Translations under genes and position numbers: made by a program | Assembly: GCA_951406725.2 (NCBI GenBank) | Contig: OX597831.1 | Location: 35,030,001 to 35,094,000 of the forward strand | DNA: 64,000 nt | Source: Octopus vulgaris | Taxonomy: Eukaryota | Reading direction: 5' to 3' | The notes under the pieces: model-generated | Databases searched by the model: none | The model's input: the letters and a program-made list of their open reading frames with translations, nothing else | Told to the model about the DNA's origin: nothing | Part shown: positions 1 through 14,034 of the stretch, one piece after another | How the letters are laid out: each line of letters opens with the position of its first letter | Position numbering within the stretch: position 1 is the stretch's first letter

Positions 1-190
1 TGGCACGTAAAAAGCACCCACTTCACTCACGGAGTGGTTGGCGTTAGAAAGGGCATCCAGCCGTAGAAACATTGCCAGATCAGACTGGGTCTGGTGCAGC
101 CTTCTGGCTTCCCAGACCCCAGTTGAACCGTCCAACCCATGCCAGCATGGAAAGCAGACGCTAAATGATGATGATGATGATGATGATGAT
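1..190 (+). mobile_element. 3' end of RTE-clade LINE (5'-truncated copy)
   Basis: GTGGTTGGCGTTAGGAAGGGCATCCAG...CATGGAAAGCRGACGTTAAA(TGA)n unit. The same unit follows RTE ORF remnants at 4215-5235 and 43520-44430. Confidence 0.75.
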
Positions 191-310
191 GGATTCTATA
201 TGTTCTGTTCACTGGTATTTGCAGGAGTACTAACTGCAGTAATTGCCTGGATTCTTGATCTCATTTCATTTGAGTACGAATATAAATACACACACAATGT
301 GCTTTTACAT

Positions 311-388
311 TTAACTGAAGATGTTACTGGCAAAGCAGAAGGTAGAGAGATAGGGTGAGAAAGATAGATTAAAGGCGGATGAAGCAAA
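311..388 (-). CDS. Possible terminal coding exon of downstream exon set (FASSAFNLSFSPYLSTFCFASNIFS*)
   Basis: Strong polypyrimidine acceptor tctatcttttctttctctctcAG, phase 0, compatible with exon 553-633. An alternative acceptor near 328 is also possible. Confidence 0.3.
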   Translation of the reverse strand, partial: FASSAFNLSFSPYLSTFCFASNIFS

Positions 389-552
389 CTGAGAGAGAAA
401 GAAAAGATAGAGACAAACTATAAGGTGAGGAAATTTAAAAAAAGAACGTTTGAAACAGCTGTAAAGCACTATCTTCGCCTTGTAACATGACCTATCTATG
501 TATAACTATATAACATTTCATATGAATAAAGAACATTGAATGTAAAACTTAC

Positions 553-633
553 TGTCTTTGAGGAACCAAGGGAAATTATTTTGGTAACTTTCGGTGGAAC
601 AACAACAAACTGGAAAAAATCAACATCTTTTGG
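553..633 (-). CDS. Internal exon, 81 bp, phase 0 (PKDVDFFQFVVVPPKVTKIISLGSSKT), uncharacterised protein
   Basis: Acceptor ttttcattcatttcgcAG, donor GTAAGT, open frame, unique non-repeat sequence. Confidence 0.65.
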
Positions 634-989
634 CTGCGAAATGAATGAAAACAAAAGAAATATTTTTAGCAAGGAAACAAAATTGCATGTTTGTAAAGGT
701 GGACTTTGGACTCATGGGAGGTTCTTCATTTTCATATTATCTTCAGAGTTTGGTGACCTTTTACTCATAAGTCATTAATCATTAAACTTTGCTGAGTGAT
801 GTAGTCTTCAACAGGAACAGATTTAGAATTTACAACTTCTTTTATCTTTTACTTGTTTCAATCATTAGACTGTGGCTATGCTGGGGCACCTCCTTGAAAA
901 AGTTTCAGTCAAATGTATTGAATACCAGTATCTATTTTAGCCTGGCACTTATTGTATCAGTCTCTTTTGCTGAACTTCTAAGTTATGCT

Positions 990-1530
990 TGCTTCTCCTT
1001 CATTGGACACTAAACGCTGCTTGCAAAGACCTGTTGAGGCAAGTGAAATCGAAATCAAATTCGATGACTGGCATCCGTGCTAGTGGAGTACTAAGAGTAC
1101 TATATGAGTGAAATCGTTGCCAGAGCAACAAGCTGGCCTCCGTGCCGATGGCACGTTAAGCACACCATTCGAGTGTGATTGTTACCTGTGTCACCTTACT
1201 AGCACTTGTGCTGGTGGCACATGAAAAAACATTCGAGCGAGGTCATTGTTGTTGCCAGTGCCGCTGGACTGGCTCCTGTGCAGGTGGCACATAAAAAGCA
1301 CCATTTGAGTGTGATTGTTGCCAGTACTGTCTGACTGGCCCTCGTGCCGGTGGCACGTAAAAGCAGCCACTACACTCTCAGAGTGGTTGGCGTTAGGAAG
1401 GGCATCCAGCTGTAGAAACTCTGCCAGATCAGATTGGAGTCTGGTGCAGCCATCTGGTTTGCCAGTCCTCAGTCAAATCGTCCAACCCATGCTAGCATGG
1501 AAGGCGGACGTTAAACGATGATGATGATTA
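990..1530 (+). mobile_element. RTE LINE 3' UTR with internal tandem subrepeats
   Basis: Repeated GTGGCACGTAAAAAGCACC-like units followed by the family tail and (GAT)n. Confidence 0.7.
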
Positions 1531-2014
1531 TTATTATGGTGGTGAACTGGCAGTATCATTACAGCACCAGACAAAATATGTAGTGGCATTTTTTTTTTAG
1601 CTCTTTACATTCTGAGTTCTGAGTTATAGGTGCCCTACCCACCTATAAATCTTTGGTCTTGTACCAATGCTTGTAATTATCCCACTCAAAAACATGCCAA
1701 AACTATTATCTAATTAAGCCTTTTACTCATTCTGTGTATGAAAACAATCAATCAATCAAATTTTCCTTCTTCACAAAAAGCAATTAATAAAAAGTTATGG
1801 CACTAAGTGCTCTGCAAAGGTTGACAATATCATTAACTGTTAAGCAACTGGATTACAGGGTAAATTCCAGATTGCATTCAGTAAAGTGGCCCTCCCACTG
1901 AATAGTAAGAAGCTTTAACTAGCCACTTATCACAAGACCAGTAATGTATTGTGACCATCCCTCCAGACCTCTTTTACCATTACCACAACTGGTAAACTGT
2001 GTACCATCACAGTT

Positions 2015-2230
2015 GGTACACATAAGAGTTGCTGAAGCATAAGAGCAACACACACACAAATAAGAGCAACACATAAGAGTAGCTGAAACATGGAACAAAC
2101 TGCCGGCATCAGTTGTTAGTTGTCGGAGCACTGCAGCCTTCAAAACTTCCATGCTTCTTGAGATTTGCCAACACTACACCTGATTTTCTCCCCTCGATAC
2201 ACATGCAAGCATGTATCTGACTCATACTCT
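2015..2230 (+). mobile_element. CR1/L2-like LINE ORF2 C-terminal fragment
   Basis: Translates HIRVAETWNKLPASVVSCRSTAAFK, matching the RV..WN.LP..VV...S...FK motif of CR1-group C-termini. Confidence 0.5.
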
Positions 2231-3107
2231 GTTTGCTTTCCAGTAGCATGGTGTAGTCTTCTACCTGGTCAGCTCCTGTCAAACCGTCCAACCCATGGCA
2301 GCATGGAAGGCAGACATTAAATGATGATTAGGATTTCATAGTGGATTATCCCTTCCTAATCCCACCAAATGCAAACGAGTCTTGTGTGGGTGTGGCCCTG
2401 GTTTGGCTCAAAGTGTTGCTAGCTTGTCAAGACTCAGCCAATCTTTTACTCTGTTTCATAAGGATGTAAAGACAGCATTTTTTTTTTATTCCTGATGATA
2501 ATGTTGTAAAGAAATCCATGTGTCCATGAGTGATTTGGTGTCAAGCGAGAAAATAGCAGTGACAGAGGAGCATTGGAGTTTGCTTCTTTAGTTTAGTTCA
2601 GAGTGTATTCAACCATGTACAAAATCTGTGGACCTTACCCAATGTAATGGGGCTGACTCATTCGACTAAATATTCTTCAAAACAGTGCCCCAGCATGGCT
2701 GCAGTCTAATGACTGAAACAAGTAAAACTCAAAGGGTGTATGTGTGTTTGTGTGTGTGTGTGTGTGTATTTTTGAATTTGGCCAATGTATAAGAAACAGC
2801 ACAAATGCTAAATCTATTCAGTTCTTGAAGACCTTGAAATATTAAATATGAATTTAGGGACCAACTGTAAAAAAAAACCAAAAAACACAAAAATTCTAAG
2901 ATATGAAATAAAATGTACAAGAACACATTCATTTAAAGGAATGCATATAAAAAAAATGTTGTTCCCCATATATACAAATATATATTTAGATATAATTAAA
3001 GGATAAAATCATTAAAATTAATGAATTTTATCAATGGCCAGCATATAAAAAATAACCTTTTAGGTGAAATTTATCTATAGAGATATATAATTTTATAGAA
3101 AACAACT

Positions 3108-3330
3108 ACAATGAGAGCACTTAGAAAGCACAAACCTCTGCCAAGGCAACACCAATGTCTTCTCAATGATTAGCTAGAGATGGGTTTTAAAATGAGAATA
3201 TCTGAAATAAACTCCACTGCTCTCACAAACGAGAATACTAAAGATGAACCTGATTGCTCTCAAAAATTAAATAAAAAGAACAGGAAAAATAATCCAGAAT
3301 CCTCATCCAGTACTTGATCAATCCCAATAG
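3108..3330 (-). mobile_element. Helentron-associated non-autonomous element (HINE/DINE-like), truncated
   Basis: Homologous to 27740-28104, including the CTTGGCAGAGGTTTGTGCTTTCTAAGTGCTC end. Confidence 0.55.
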
Positions 3331-3709
3331 TAGTTCAGGAATGTGAAGGTGAGAGTGCAGGTCATAATTGTAATGCTGTAAGTTGTCTGCAATGGGAACA
3401 GGAACAGTTTTCTCTACGAAGGCCTTTTTAGGCTATCCACTCATATAGTATCTTTATGACCATTAAGGTCTATAGTGAAAAATTTATCCATGCGTGAACA
3501 GAAATGGAAAAGACCTACATATGGTGCTGTTAACAGAGGTTTAACAACATCGTTGCACACAAAAATATGAGTCCAAGAAGTAAAGCTTCCTTCAAGGCAG
3601 AGCTAGAAATGCAATTGTCAAGTAGGTAAGAGGTTTTAAACAGGAGTGATATATTCAAAATTGATAGAACTAAAAATTGTCGAGGATAAATTAAATTTAT
3701 TGTTGTTAC

Positions 3710-3790
3710 TAAATATGCTAGTATTATTTCATTTCCAAACAGTTTTGCTGCCATTTGTTTATGTAGTTTGATTTCTTTATCCGTTAGTTC
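3710..3790 (-). CDS. Internal exon, 81 bp, phase 0 (ELTDKEIKLHKQMAAKLFGNEIILAYL)
   Basis: Acceptor ttttactcacgtctctatcttagtAG, weaker donor GTAACA. Joins in frame to 15339-15554 and 553-633. Confidence 0.5.
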
Positions 3791-4214
3791 CTACTAAGAT
3801 AGAGACGTGAGTAAAATTAATAATAGAGAAACGAAAATAAAACTTTGGAAACAGCAATGCTGCTATAACTTATGTGGAAACCATGGTTTGTATTCTGCTT
3901 TAAGTACTATCATAGTGACCTTCCATCTGACTGCAACCTTGCATCAGTCACAGGTCATCTGATTTACAGCTCTCAGTAAGTTCTCTTGCAAGTGTGTAAA
4001 CCTTTTGGGGTTCCATGCATAGCACTTCTCACTGTGTTTATGTGTGTGTGTGTAAAAAGCATTTTAGTCATTCAGCTAGTAGCACTAAACTACTGATTGT
4101 TACAGTAGCTTTGTTTACTGACCCTAAGTGCAAATAAAAAGCAGTAAGCAATATTTTTCTCTTCTATGTTGGTTTTTACACTGTCCCACAGAGTTTGAAC
4201 AACTTGACCATTCC

Positions 4215-5235
4215 ATACCATCATCATCATTATCTGTTGTCCATGCTGGCATGGGCCAAATGGTTTGACCAGGGCTGGTAAGCTGAGGAGTTGCACCAGA
4301 CTCCAGTCTAATTTGGCATGGTTTCTATGGCTGGATGCCCTTCCAAATGCCAGTTACTTTACAGAGTGTAATGGGTGATTTTACATGCTACTGGCACTTG
4401 TGCCAACTGCATGACATCAATATCTGCCACATCTATGATTTCACTTGCCTTGATGGGTCTTCTACTCAAGCAGGGCATATTGCCAAAAGTCTCAGTCATT
4501 TGTCATTGCCTCCATGAGGCCCAGTGCTTGAAAGGTGCTTTTTACATGCCACTGGCATGGGTGCTACTTATATGACACTGGCATTGGCCACATTGCCTCT
4601 GTGTGGCCCAACACTCAAAAGGAGCTTTTTAGATGTCACTGGCACAGGTGCCAGATATGTAACACCAGCATTGACCACGACTACAATTTCACTTGGCTTG
4701 ATGGTTTTTCACCAAAGGTCTCAGTCACTAGTCATTGCCTCAATGAGGCCCAACATTTAAAGATCATGCTTCATCACCTCATCCCATGTCATCCTGAGTC
4801 TACCTCTTCCACAGGTTCCTCCACAGTTAGAGATCAGCACTTATTTACACAGCTGTCCTTGTCCATACACACCACATGACCATACCAGCACAGCTGTCTC
4901 TCTTGCACACTATATCTGATGCCTCTTACACCCAACTTTTCTCTCAAGATACTTACACTCTGTCACACATGCACACTGACATTGCACATCTAGCAGAGCG
5001 TGCTAACTTCATTTCTTTCAAGCCTACACGTGTCTGTGGTGGTCTCAGCCCATGTTTCACTGCCATGTATCACAGCTGTTCACATACAGGAATCATACAG
5101 TCTGCTTTCACTCTGAAGAAGAGGCTCTTTGTGGCCAACAGAAGTAGGAGCTTTCTGAATTTTGCCCAGCCTATTCTTATTCTCATAACCATATTCTTGG
5201 AGCATCCACCTCCACTACTAACTTGGTCACCTAGA
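4215..5235 (-). mobile_element. RTE-clade LINE 3' portion (ORF C-terminus plus 3' UTR), degraded
   Basis: YLGDQVSSGGGCSKNMVMRIRIGWAKFRKLL matches the RTE post-RT region; it is followed by the UTR and (GAT)n tail. Confidence 0.8.
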
Positions 5236-5404
5236 TAGCAGAAGCTATCATGTACGTATATACACATATACACACCCACAAATTATTATTTTTATAAGGT
5301 GTTGTTCCAGCATGTCCACAGTCAAATGACTGAAACAAATAAAAGAAAAAAAAAATATATATATATATACACACAAACACACATACACATAGACACACAC
5401 ACAA

Positions 5405-5765
5405 ATATAGGGGTGCAGGCATGGCTGTGTTTTAAGAAGTTTGTTTCTCAACCCAATGGTTCTGAGTTTAGTTCCACTTCATGGAACTTTTGGAGTGTGA
5501 CTTCGACTATAGTCTCGAGCTGACCAAAGCCTTGCAAGTAGATTTGGTAGGACGAAACTGGAAGAAGCCCATTGCATATGTGCATGTGTGCATCCTTGTG
5601 TATACGTTTGCCTCCCCCGCCCTCCTCTGGCTGACAAGTGGTGTTGGTGTGTTCACATCACCGTAACAAAAGATACTGATAGAATAAGTACCAGGCTTTA
5701 CAGAATACAATAAGAACTGAGGTTGATTGGTGCGACTATATTTCTTCAAGGTGGTGCCCTAGCAC
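5405..5765 (+). mobile_element. tRNA-derived SINE family 1, degraded
   Basis: Homologous to the full copies at 42686-43090 and 46993-47420. Confidence 0.7.
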
Positions 5766-5816
5766 ACACACATGTATGTATTTACAGAAACATATTTATG
5801 TATGTATGTGTATATG

Positions 5817-5865
<49 letters not shown>

Positions 5866-6011
5866 ATATGTATTTACAGAAACATACTTATGTATGTATG
5901 TATGTATGTATGTATATATATATCATCATCATCATCATCATCATCGTTTAACGTCCGCTTTCCATGCTAGCATATATATGCATACATACATATATACATA
6001 TATATATATAT

Positions 6012-6094
<83 letters not shown>

Positions 6095-6953
6095 AGTGTG
6101 TGTGTGTGTGGATATGAGTGGATGAGTGTGAGATTATCCCCCATGGCAAGCCAACTCACACTTTCCTAGGTTACCGACTGATTTATTATCACCCTGTGAG
6201 GTCGGCTAAACCAATCTGTTTGGTATTATACCCTCCAACTATGTATTATATACTTGCTGATTGTTTTAATGCTAACTTGTGAGTGCTTACAGTACCCTAA
6301 ACACTTATGACAACAACAACAACAATGACAATAACAACAGCAATAATAATAACAACAGAATATTACACTAAATTATTGATTTATTGGTTGGACTTGTTTG
6401 GAATTTACCATTTCTAAGAAAATTGACAGGAGGAAATAAATTTAAATTTATCACCCTGACCACCCCGATCAATTGCAGTCCATTAATTGGCAGTCACGGA
6501 TGTGTGGTTTAACAATTTCTCTTCTCAATGTGCATGCATGTGTGTGTTTGTGTGTGCATGTGTAAGAGATTATGTTCTTTTATTCTTTTACCTGTTTCAG
6601 CCATTTGACTGTGGCCATGCTGGAGCACCGCCTTTTAGTTGAACAAATCGACCTCCCAGGGACTTATTCTTTGTAAGCTCGGTACTTATTCCATCGATCT
6701 CTTTACCGAATTGCTAAGTTACGTGGACATATCAAGCGATGGTTGGGGAATAACCACAAACACAAAAACACACACATAAATACATGTCATCATCATCATC
6801 GTTTAACGTCCGTTCTCCATCATCATCATCATCATTTAACGTCTGTTCTCCATGCTAGGATGGGTTGGACCGTTCGACCGGGGATCTGGGAAGCCAGAAG
6901 GCTGCACCAGGCTCCGGTCTTATCAGGCAATGTTTCTACAGCTGGATGCCCTT

Positions 6954-7725
<772 letters not shown>

Positions 7726-7770
7726 GTATATATGTATATATATATATGTATGTATATATATATATATAGG

Positions 7771-7887
<117 letters not shown>

Positions 7888-8044
7888 ATGACAGGCTTCT
7901 TTCAGTTTCCATCTACTAAATCCACTCACAAGGCTTTGATCATCCCAAGGTGCTACACAGTAGGAGTGAACCCAGAACCATGTGTTTGGGAAGCAAGCTT
8001 CTTACCACACAGCCAGCCTGTGCCTATATATATATATATATATA

Positions 8045-8455
8045 TCTTTTACATGTTTCAGTCATTTGACTGTGGCCATGCTGGAGCACCGCCATTTTTA
8101 GTCGAGCAAATCAACCCCAGGACTTAATCTTTGTAAGCCTAGTACTTATTCTATCAGTCTCTTTTGCCGAACCACTAAGTTACAAGGACATAAACACACC
8201 AGCTTCGGTTGTCAAGCAATGCTGGGGGCATAAACACAGACACACAAACATATACACACACACATAAAATATATATATATATATATACATATATATGATG
8301 GGCTTCTTTCAGTTTCCACCTACTAAATCCTCTCACAGGGCTTTGGTCGGCCAGAGGCTGTAGAAGACACTTGCCCAAGGTGCCACGCAGTGGGACTGAA
8401 CCCAGAACCATGTGGTTGGTAAGCAAGCTACTTACCACACAGCCACTCCTAAGCC
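8045..8455 (-). mobile_element. tRNA-derived SINE family 1, full length
   Basis: A box TGGCTGTGTGG, B box GGTTCAGTCCC, central (TA/CA)n, tail GGCGGTGCTCCAGCATGGCCACAGTCAAATGACTGAAAC. Confidence 0.85.
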
Positions 8456-8844
8456 TATGTATATATATGTTACAAGGGAACAAAAAGTTAGGTAATGAAC
8501 TTCCATTAGCTTACAGCTGTTTCTGCAATGAGATGCAATACACTCATAGCTGAATGCTTGTGTATCACCTTATAGTTTCATCTGAGCTTCAGAAATTACA
8601 CTTCACTATTGAAGCTCTGATGAAGTTACAAGGTGATGCACAAGCACTCAACTATGAGTGCATTGCCTCATATAACAAAAACAGCTGTAAGCTAATGGAA
8701 GTTCATTTCATAATTTTTTTGTTCCCTAGTCATTTATATAATCTTTTCACATGCTCTGTACTTGACTAATTCTTTTCTCTGAAGCTTATGTATATTGAGC
8801 TCTAACACAAGGTTATTAGTACCATTATGCCTAAGCAAAATATT

Positions 8845-8884
<40 letters not shown>

Positions 8885-9589
8885 TGAGCTTCTTTCAGTT
8901 TCTCAGAAAAGATTAGAAATGGATGCAGCTTCTTTAAAACTATTATGCGATATTAAGACAAGGACATACACACACACATATCTATGTATATATAAAGAGC
9001 TTCATTCAGTTTCCATCAAATAAATCCACTCAGAAGGCTTTTGGCTGAATAAGGACTATAGTAAAAGACACTTTCCTAAGGTGCCTAAGAGTGGGACTGA
9101 ACCCAAAACCACATGGTCGGGGAAGCAAGCTTCTTAACATGACAACCATACCTGTAATTATACACAGCCATGGAAATAAGAACAATTTTTTTGCCCCACC
9201 TCAAGTAGAATGTTGAGTTACAGCTAAATAATTTTGCCTTTATGTTACAAGTCAAGAACAAATTGAAACAAAGTGAAGAATTTGGCTTGCTTTACTCAAA
9301 AAGCACTTAGACATGATAGAGTTGAGTGTAAGTAAATCATTTAACGAACAATTCGTTTATTGTTGTTTATGATGTTGATCTGTAGATTCAAGTCAGATCA
9401 GACCAAATAGACTTTTAGATCAACTACAAATGTGCCACTTGTAGTTGATCATAAAGAGCATCTGCAAAGCAAACAAGTCTCTTTGAGATAACATTAACTG
9501 CTAGGAATACTAGTCAAATCTCCTTCAAACCTCACCTGACTGCAGTGGTTCATAAACACTGCCCCACAAAGTGCATCTAGGGGTATTCT

Positions 9590-9800
9590 CTCTTTTAATT
9601 GTTTCAGTCATTTGACTGTGGCCATGCTGGAGCACCGCCTTTAGTCAAGCAAATTGACCCCAGGACTTATTCTTTGTAAGCCTAGTACTTATTTTATCGG
9701 TTTCTTTTGGAGAACTGCTAAGTTACGGGGACATAAACACACCACCATTGGTTGTCATTTAATGTTGGTGGGACAAACATGGACACACAAACATATGCAA

Positions 9801-9836
<36 letters not shown>

Positions 9837-10000
9837 GACAGGCTTCTTTCAGTTTCTGTCTACCAAATCCACTCACAAGGCTTTGGTCGACCCGAGGTTA
9901 TAGTAGAAGACACTTGCCCAAGGTGCCACGCAGTGGGAATGAACCCGGAACCATATGGTTGGTAAGCAAGCTACTTACCACACAGCTACTCCTGCACCTA
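9590..10000 (-). mobile_element. tRNA-derived SINE family 1, full length
   Basis: Same structure as 8045-8455. Confidence 0.85.
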
Positions 10001-10914
10001 TTGTGAATTTTTAAAAATGTAACTTAAGGCTTTACAAAATTTATATCAATGCTTGATCACCTTGAAAAACAGTTTACACCTTACTTTTGTTTTGCACAGG
10101 TATCATTAATAAAAAAATCACCATTAAATCATCATTTAATGTCCGCTTTTCATGCTAGCATGGGTTAGATGATTTGACTGGAACTGGTAAACCAGAGAGC
10201 TGCCCCGAGTTCCAGTCTGATTTGGCATGGTTTCTATGGCTGGATGCCCTTCCTAATGCCAACCACTCCAAGAGTATAATGGGTGGTTTTTTAATGTACC
10301 ACCAGCACAAATGCTTTCATGTGCAACTATCATGTGTGCCATTTATATGACACCAGCATCAGCCATGACTGACTTCCCTTGGCTTGACGAGTCTTCCCAT
10401 GCACAGCATATTGATAAAAAAAAGTAAAGCAATTTATTTATATATATATATCTTTGGCTGGGCTAAAAAGTCACATTTGATCACACCACCAGTAACAGTT
10501 AAGCTTCGTGCAATGGCCATACTCAATAACGAGGGGGCAGCCAAAATAATAATAATAATAATATATATATATATATATATACATGTATATGTTGTTTTCT
10601 AAATTTTAAAACTTCAAAATGTTCGTTTTTTTTAACTTTCCATTTTATTTGTTTCAGTCATCTGACTGTGGCAATGCTGGAGCACCACCTATAGTCGAAC
10701 AAATCGACCCTAGGACTTATTCTTTATAAGCCTAGTACTTACCCTACCGGTCACTTTTGCCAAACCACTAAGTTATGGGGACATAAATACACCAATATTG
10801 GTTGTCAAGTGATGATGGGGGGGGGACAAACACAGACACACAAGCATATACACACATACCATTGACGATTTTCTTTCTCCGTCTTCCTTTCCTTGGATCT
10901 TTCCTTTTTCTATG

Positions 10915-10947
10915 TTTCTGACGAAGAGCTCCGCTCAAAACGTTAGA
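10915..10947 (+). ncRNA. Degenerate minimal hammerhead motif (G12A)
   Basis: CTGACGA-A-GAGC-tcc-GCTC-AAAA-CGTT. GAAA has decayed to AAAA at a CpG. Confidence 0.55.
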
Positions 10948-11042
10948 TCCCCCTTCTTTCTTTCCTTTCCTGAGCGTCCAATAACACTATACTTGTTCTA
11001 CATCCTCACATTGTTGTGTTTTCTCTTTGTTCATGTTTGGAG

Positions 11043-11080
<38 letters not shown>

Positions 11081-11178
11081 TTCAGCAAAAATTTAGATTC
11101 AAATGAATACGGTACTTAAGTTGAGGCACCAGAATTTAGTACGGTATTATCCATACAATTTCAAAATAGGGTGATTAG

Positions 11179-11407
11179 AATCAAAATAAGCAACAAGGAT
11201 ATCCAGGGGTAATGCAGTATGATCACTTCACGCAACTCCATTTAATTGAACAATGCAACCATTACCTCATAGAATTTCTGTCTTTGTGCAGCTGAGGATT
11301 GCTCTACATTTTAAATTGTTGTAATGGTTGCAGTGTTCAATTAAATGGAGTTGCAAGAAGTGATCTTACTGCATTACCCTTGGATATCCTTGTTACTTAT
11401 TTTGATT
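11179..11407. repeat. ~87-bp inverted repeat with 55-bp spacer
   Basis: 11179-11265 is the reverse complement of 11321-11407 with a few mismatches. Confidence 0.85.
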
Positions 11408-11430
11408 ATATATATATATATATATATATA

Positions 11431-13025
11431 TACAAAATAAGAAAATGGAGAAATACATCTAAATTATTTATCAACTACCAGATAATACCCAATCACATAC
11501 TTTATTAAACCACTACATAAAAATATATAACAAAACAGCATCAAACATGTATTTTGTATTTTATAATTTAGTAAATATTTGAATAGAAACATAGTGGAAA
11601 TGTAAAGATATAGAAATTTTTTTTAGTGATAGGATAGTTTGTTTACGAAAAATACGGTGTTATTTTAATTATGTACCTTATGATAATTTACTTTCTTCAT
11701 CTGGGTATAAATGTATGTATGATTGCATATACAAATTTTTTAATATATGTGAGTGGATCTGTTTGTAAGCATGTATGTGTGTGTAAGTGTGGGCTAGTAT
11801 CTCTTATGTTATGTTGTGATTTGGCTGTGTATGTGCGCACGTTTGCAAGTGTGCGCGTGTGGATGTTTCTCAACTACCAACCGAAAATAAAACAATTGTA
11901 ATTTAAATTTAAAAGTATAAGCCAATCAAATTCCGGCGTTCGTTTCATAACTATTTCGGAAATTAATAATATATTAGTGTCACAATAGAAATTATTAATT
12001 TACATGCATCTGTGGAAATTAACACCATGTAAACTGATTGACTTGACTGCTTTTTGTATGTATGTGGAAATATTTAATGCCTTGCATAATACTGTGGTAT
12101 TATGTTGGTCCCTAGTTTTGCTACTATATTGCTAATTATGTGATGTATGTATTGATTTATTAGTATTAATGTTATTAGAAATAAGAACAATGATATTGGT
12201 AGCATTAATGATATTGATAACAGTATTGATGCTAACATTAATGACTTTTTGTAAATTAATATAAGGTAATACTGACTCTATATATCTGCATTGAAGTATG
12301 AATATGTCTATGTTCTCTACGTTGTAATATATTAATATTAAGTTGAAAAACATTGAATATGGAATATATATATATTTATTGATTTGTATTATTATGTATA
12401 TGTATATGTGTATGTATAAGAGTATGAGTATATGCACTCATATATATATATGTAAATGATTTATTATGGGTATGTACCCACACTTATATGAGTATATATG
12501 TAATTTGGTTTATACTTTAGAATCTCCGAAGAGGCCTTAAGATATCTTTGTAAATGTCTCATTTTTAACTTCATATTGACATACTATACATGGCTAATAT
12601 AAGTAAAATGAGGCATATTTATCTGCATGGCCGAAACAGCTGTAAGATATAGTGTATATTTATATTTATATCTATTTATATTTATTTATTTATATCCTCT
12701 TATAATGATTATATTATTGTATTGTATTACTCATTCATGTACGCTGTTTTGTTATATATTTTTATGTAGTGGTTTAATAAAGTATGTGATTGGGTATTAT
12801 CTGGTAGTTGATGAATGATTTAGATGTATTTCTCCATTTTCTTATTTTGTATTATTAATTTATGGTAAAAATAATTTTACCTTTGCCCATGTAATATAGT
12901 AAATGAATTAATTGCATCGTAATTCTTAACATTTATGTATTAACTTTGTTGGGTACTTCACTAGCAGTATATTGGATATATGTTATCCCATGGAGAGTTG
13001 AATTTGAAACCCCTATCTCAATTTG
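11431..13025 (+). mobile_element. Non-autonomous Penelope-like element with inverted terminal repeat and hammerhead
   Basis: 109-bp near-perfect inverted repeat 11431-11539 / 12743-12851; HHR at 12522-12648; flanked by (TA)n. Confidence 0.7.
12522..12648 (+). ncRNA. Type I hammerhead ribozyme motif, U4C core variant, long stem II
   Basis: Stem I ATCT/AGAT; core CCGAAGA; stem II GGCC...GGCC enclosing a long hairpin; GAAA; stem III C-AGCT-G; GUA cleavage triplet. Confidence 0.75.
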
Positions 13026-13286
13026 TATATATATATATATATATATATTTGACAAGCTTCTTTCAGTTTCTGTCTAGCAAATCCACTCACAAGGCTTTAG
13101 TCAGCCAGAGGCTATAGTAGAAGACACTTGCCCAAGGTGCCACACAGTGGGACTGAACCCGGAACCATGTGGCTGGTAAGCAAGCTACTTACCACACAGC
13201 CACTCTTGCACCTATAAAGCCACCATATTTTTGTTTGATCTCTGGCATACTGAAAATCAAACAATTTAGAACCATGGTATTTCAGT

Positions 13287-13632
13287 CTTAACCTTTTGAT
13301 ACCAAACCACACAAGACCGTTCCTGGTTCAATGATAGAAACATCCTGTAATAAAGTGTTCTAAATTAAAACCTTTCATCTTAACATATGCTTCAAACATC
13401 AGCTTAATTATGACAAAATTTTCTTTTCAAGCAGTTAACTGGTTAACTAATTAACAAATAAAAATAAAGAAGTGAAACAGAACCAGTGTGTGTGTGTTAT
13501 TGGTATAACGACCTTCCCAAAACAGAACAAAATTATTTTACTAAATTATTTATCATTTTAAAAAGTTATTTTCAAAATTAATAGAAGCAAAGACACAATA
13601 TCTCAACAGAAATATGGTAATAAAAGGGTTCA
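13287..13632. mobile_element. piggyBac-like MITE remnant
   Basis: TTAACCTTTTGATACC...AAAGGGTTCAA ends; related copies at about 56490-57370 and 58310-58400. Confidence 0.45.
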
Positions 13633-13661
13633 AAGGACTGAATACATTAGATAATGTAATG

Positions 13662-14021
13662 CAGTGGTTTTCATCTGGGGTCCAGATGGCCACTGGGGGT
13701 CCATATAAGATGGGGGCTGGGTTGGGGGGGGGGTGCAGCAAAATAGTAAATTGGGGATCCACAATAGTATCTTAAGGGTCCCCTGAAAAATGTTGCATTA
13801 GATGTGTGTATTGGTAAATATTGCAAGAAGTGACTAGGTTTCTTTCTCTAATATTTTGCATCGTTCAACACACACAAGTTAATGTGTGAAAAACAAAATA
13901 GGAATTTTGAAAGGAGTTTGTATAAAACTAGCTTTTAAACATCAAATGGCTATAGTGGGGTCCACCAGAATAAAATAGTAATCAAAGGGGTCCATAGATG
14001 AAAGATGGTTGAGAACCCCTA
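13662..14021. mobile_element. hAT-like MITE
   Basis: CAGTGGTTTTCA...GGTTGAGAACCCCT termini and repeated GGGGTCC subterminal motifs. No TSD recognised. Confidence 0.5.
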
Positions 14022-14034
14022 AACCTAAATATGC

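Larger units (their letters stand above)
10645..13215 (-). mobile_element. SINE family 1 split by ~2.2 kb of nested Penelope-like insertions
   Basis: 3' half at 10645-10855 and 5' half at 13050-13215, same orientation, broken at the central microsatellite. Confidence 0.65.
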
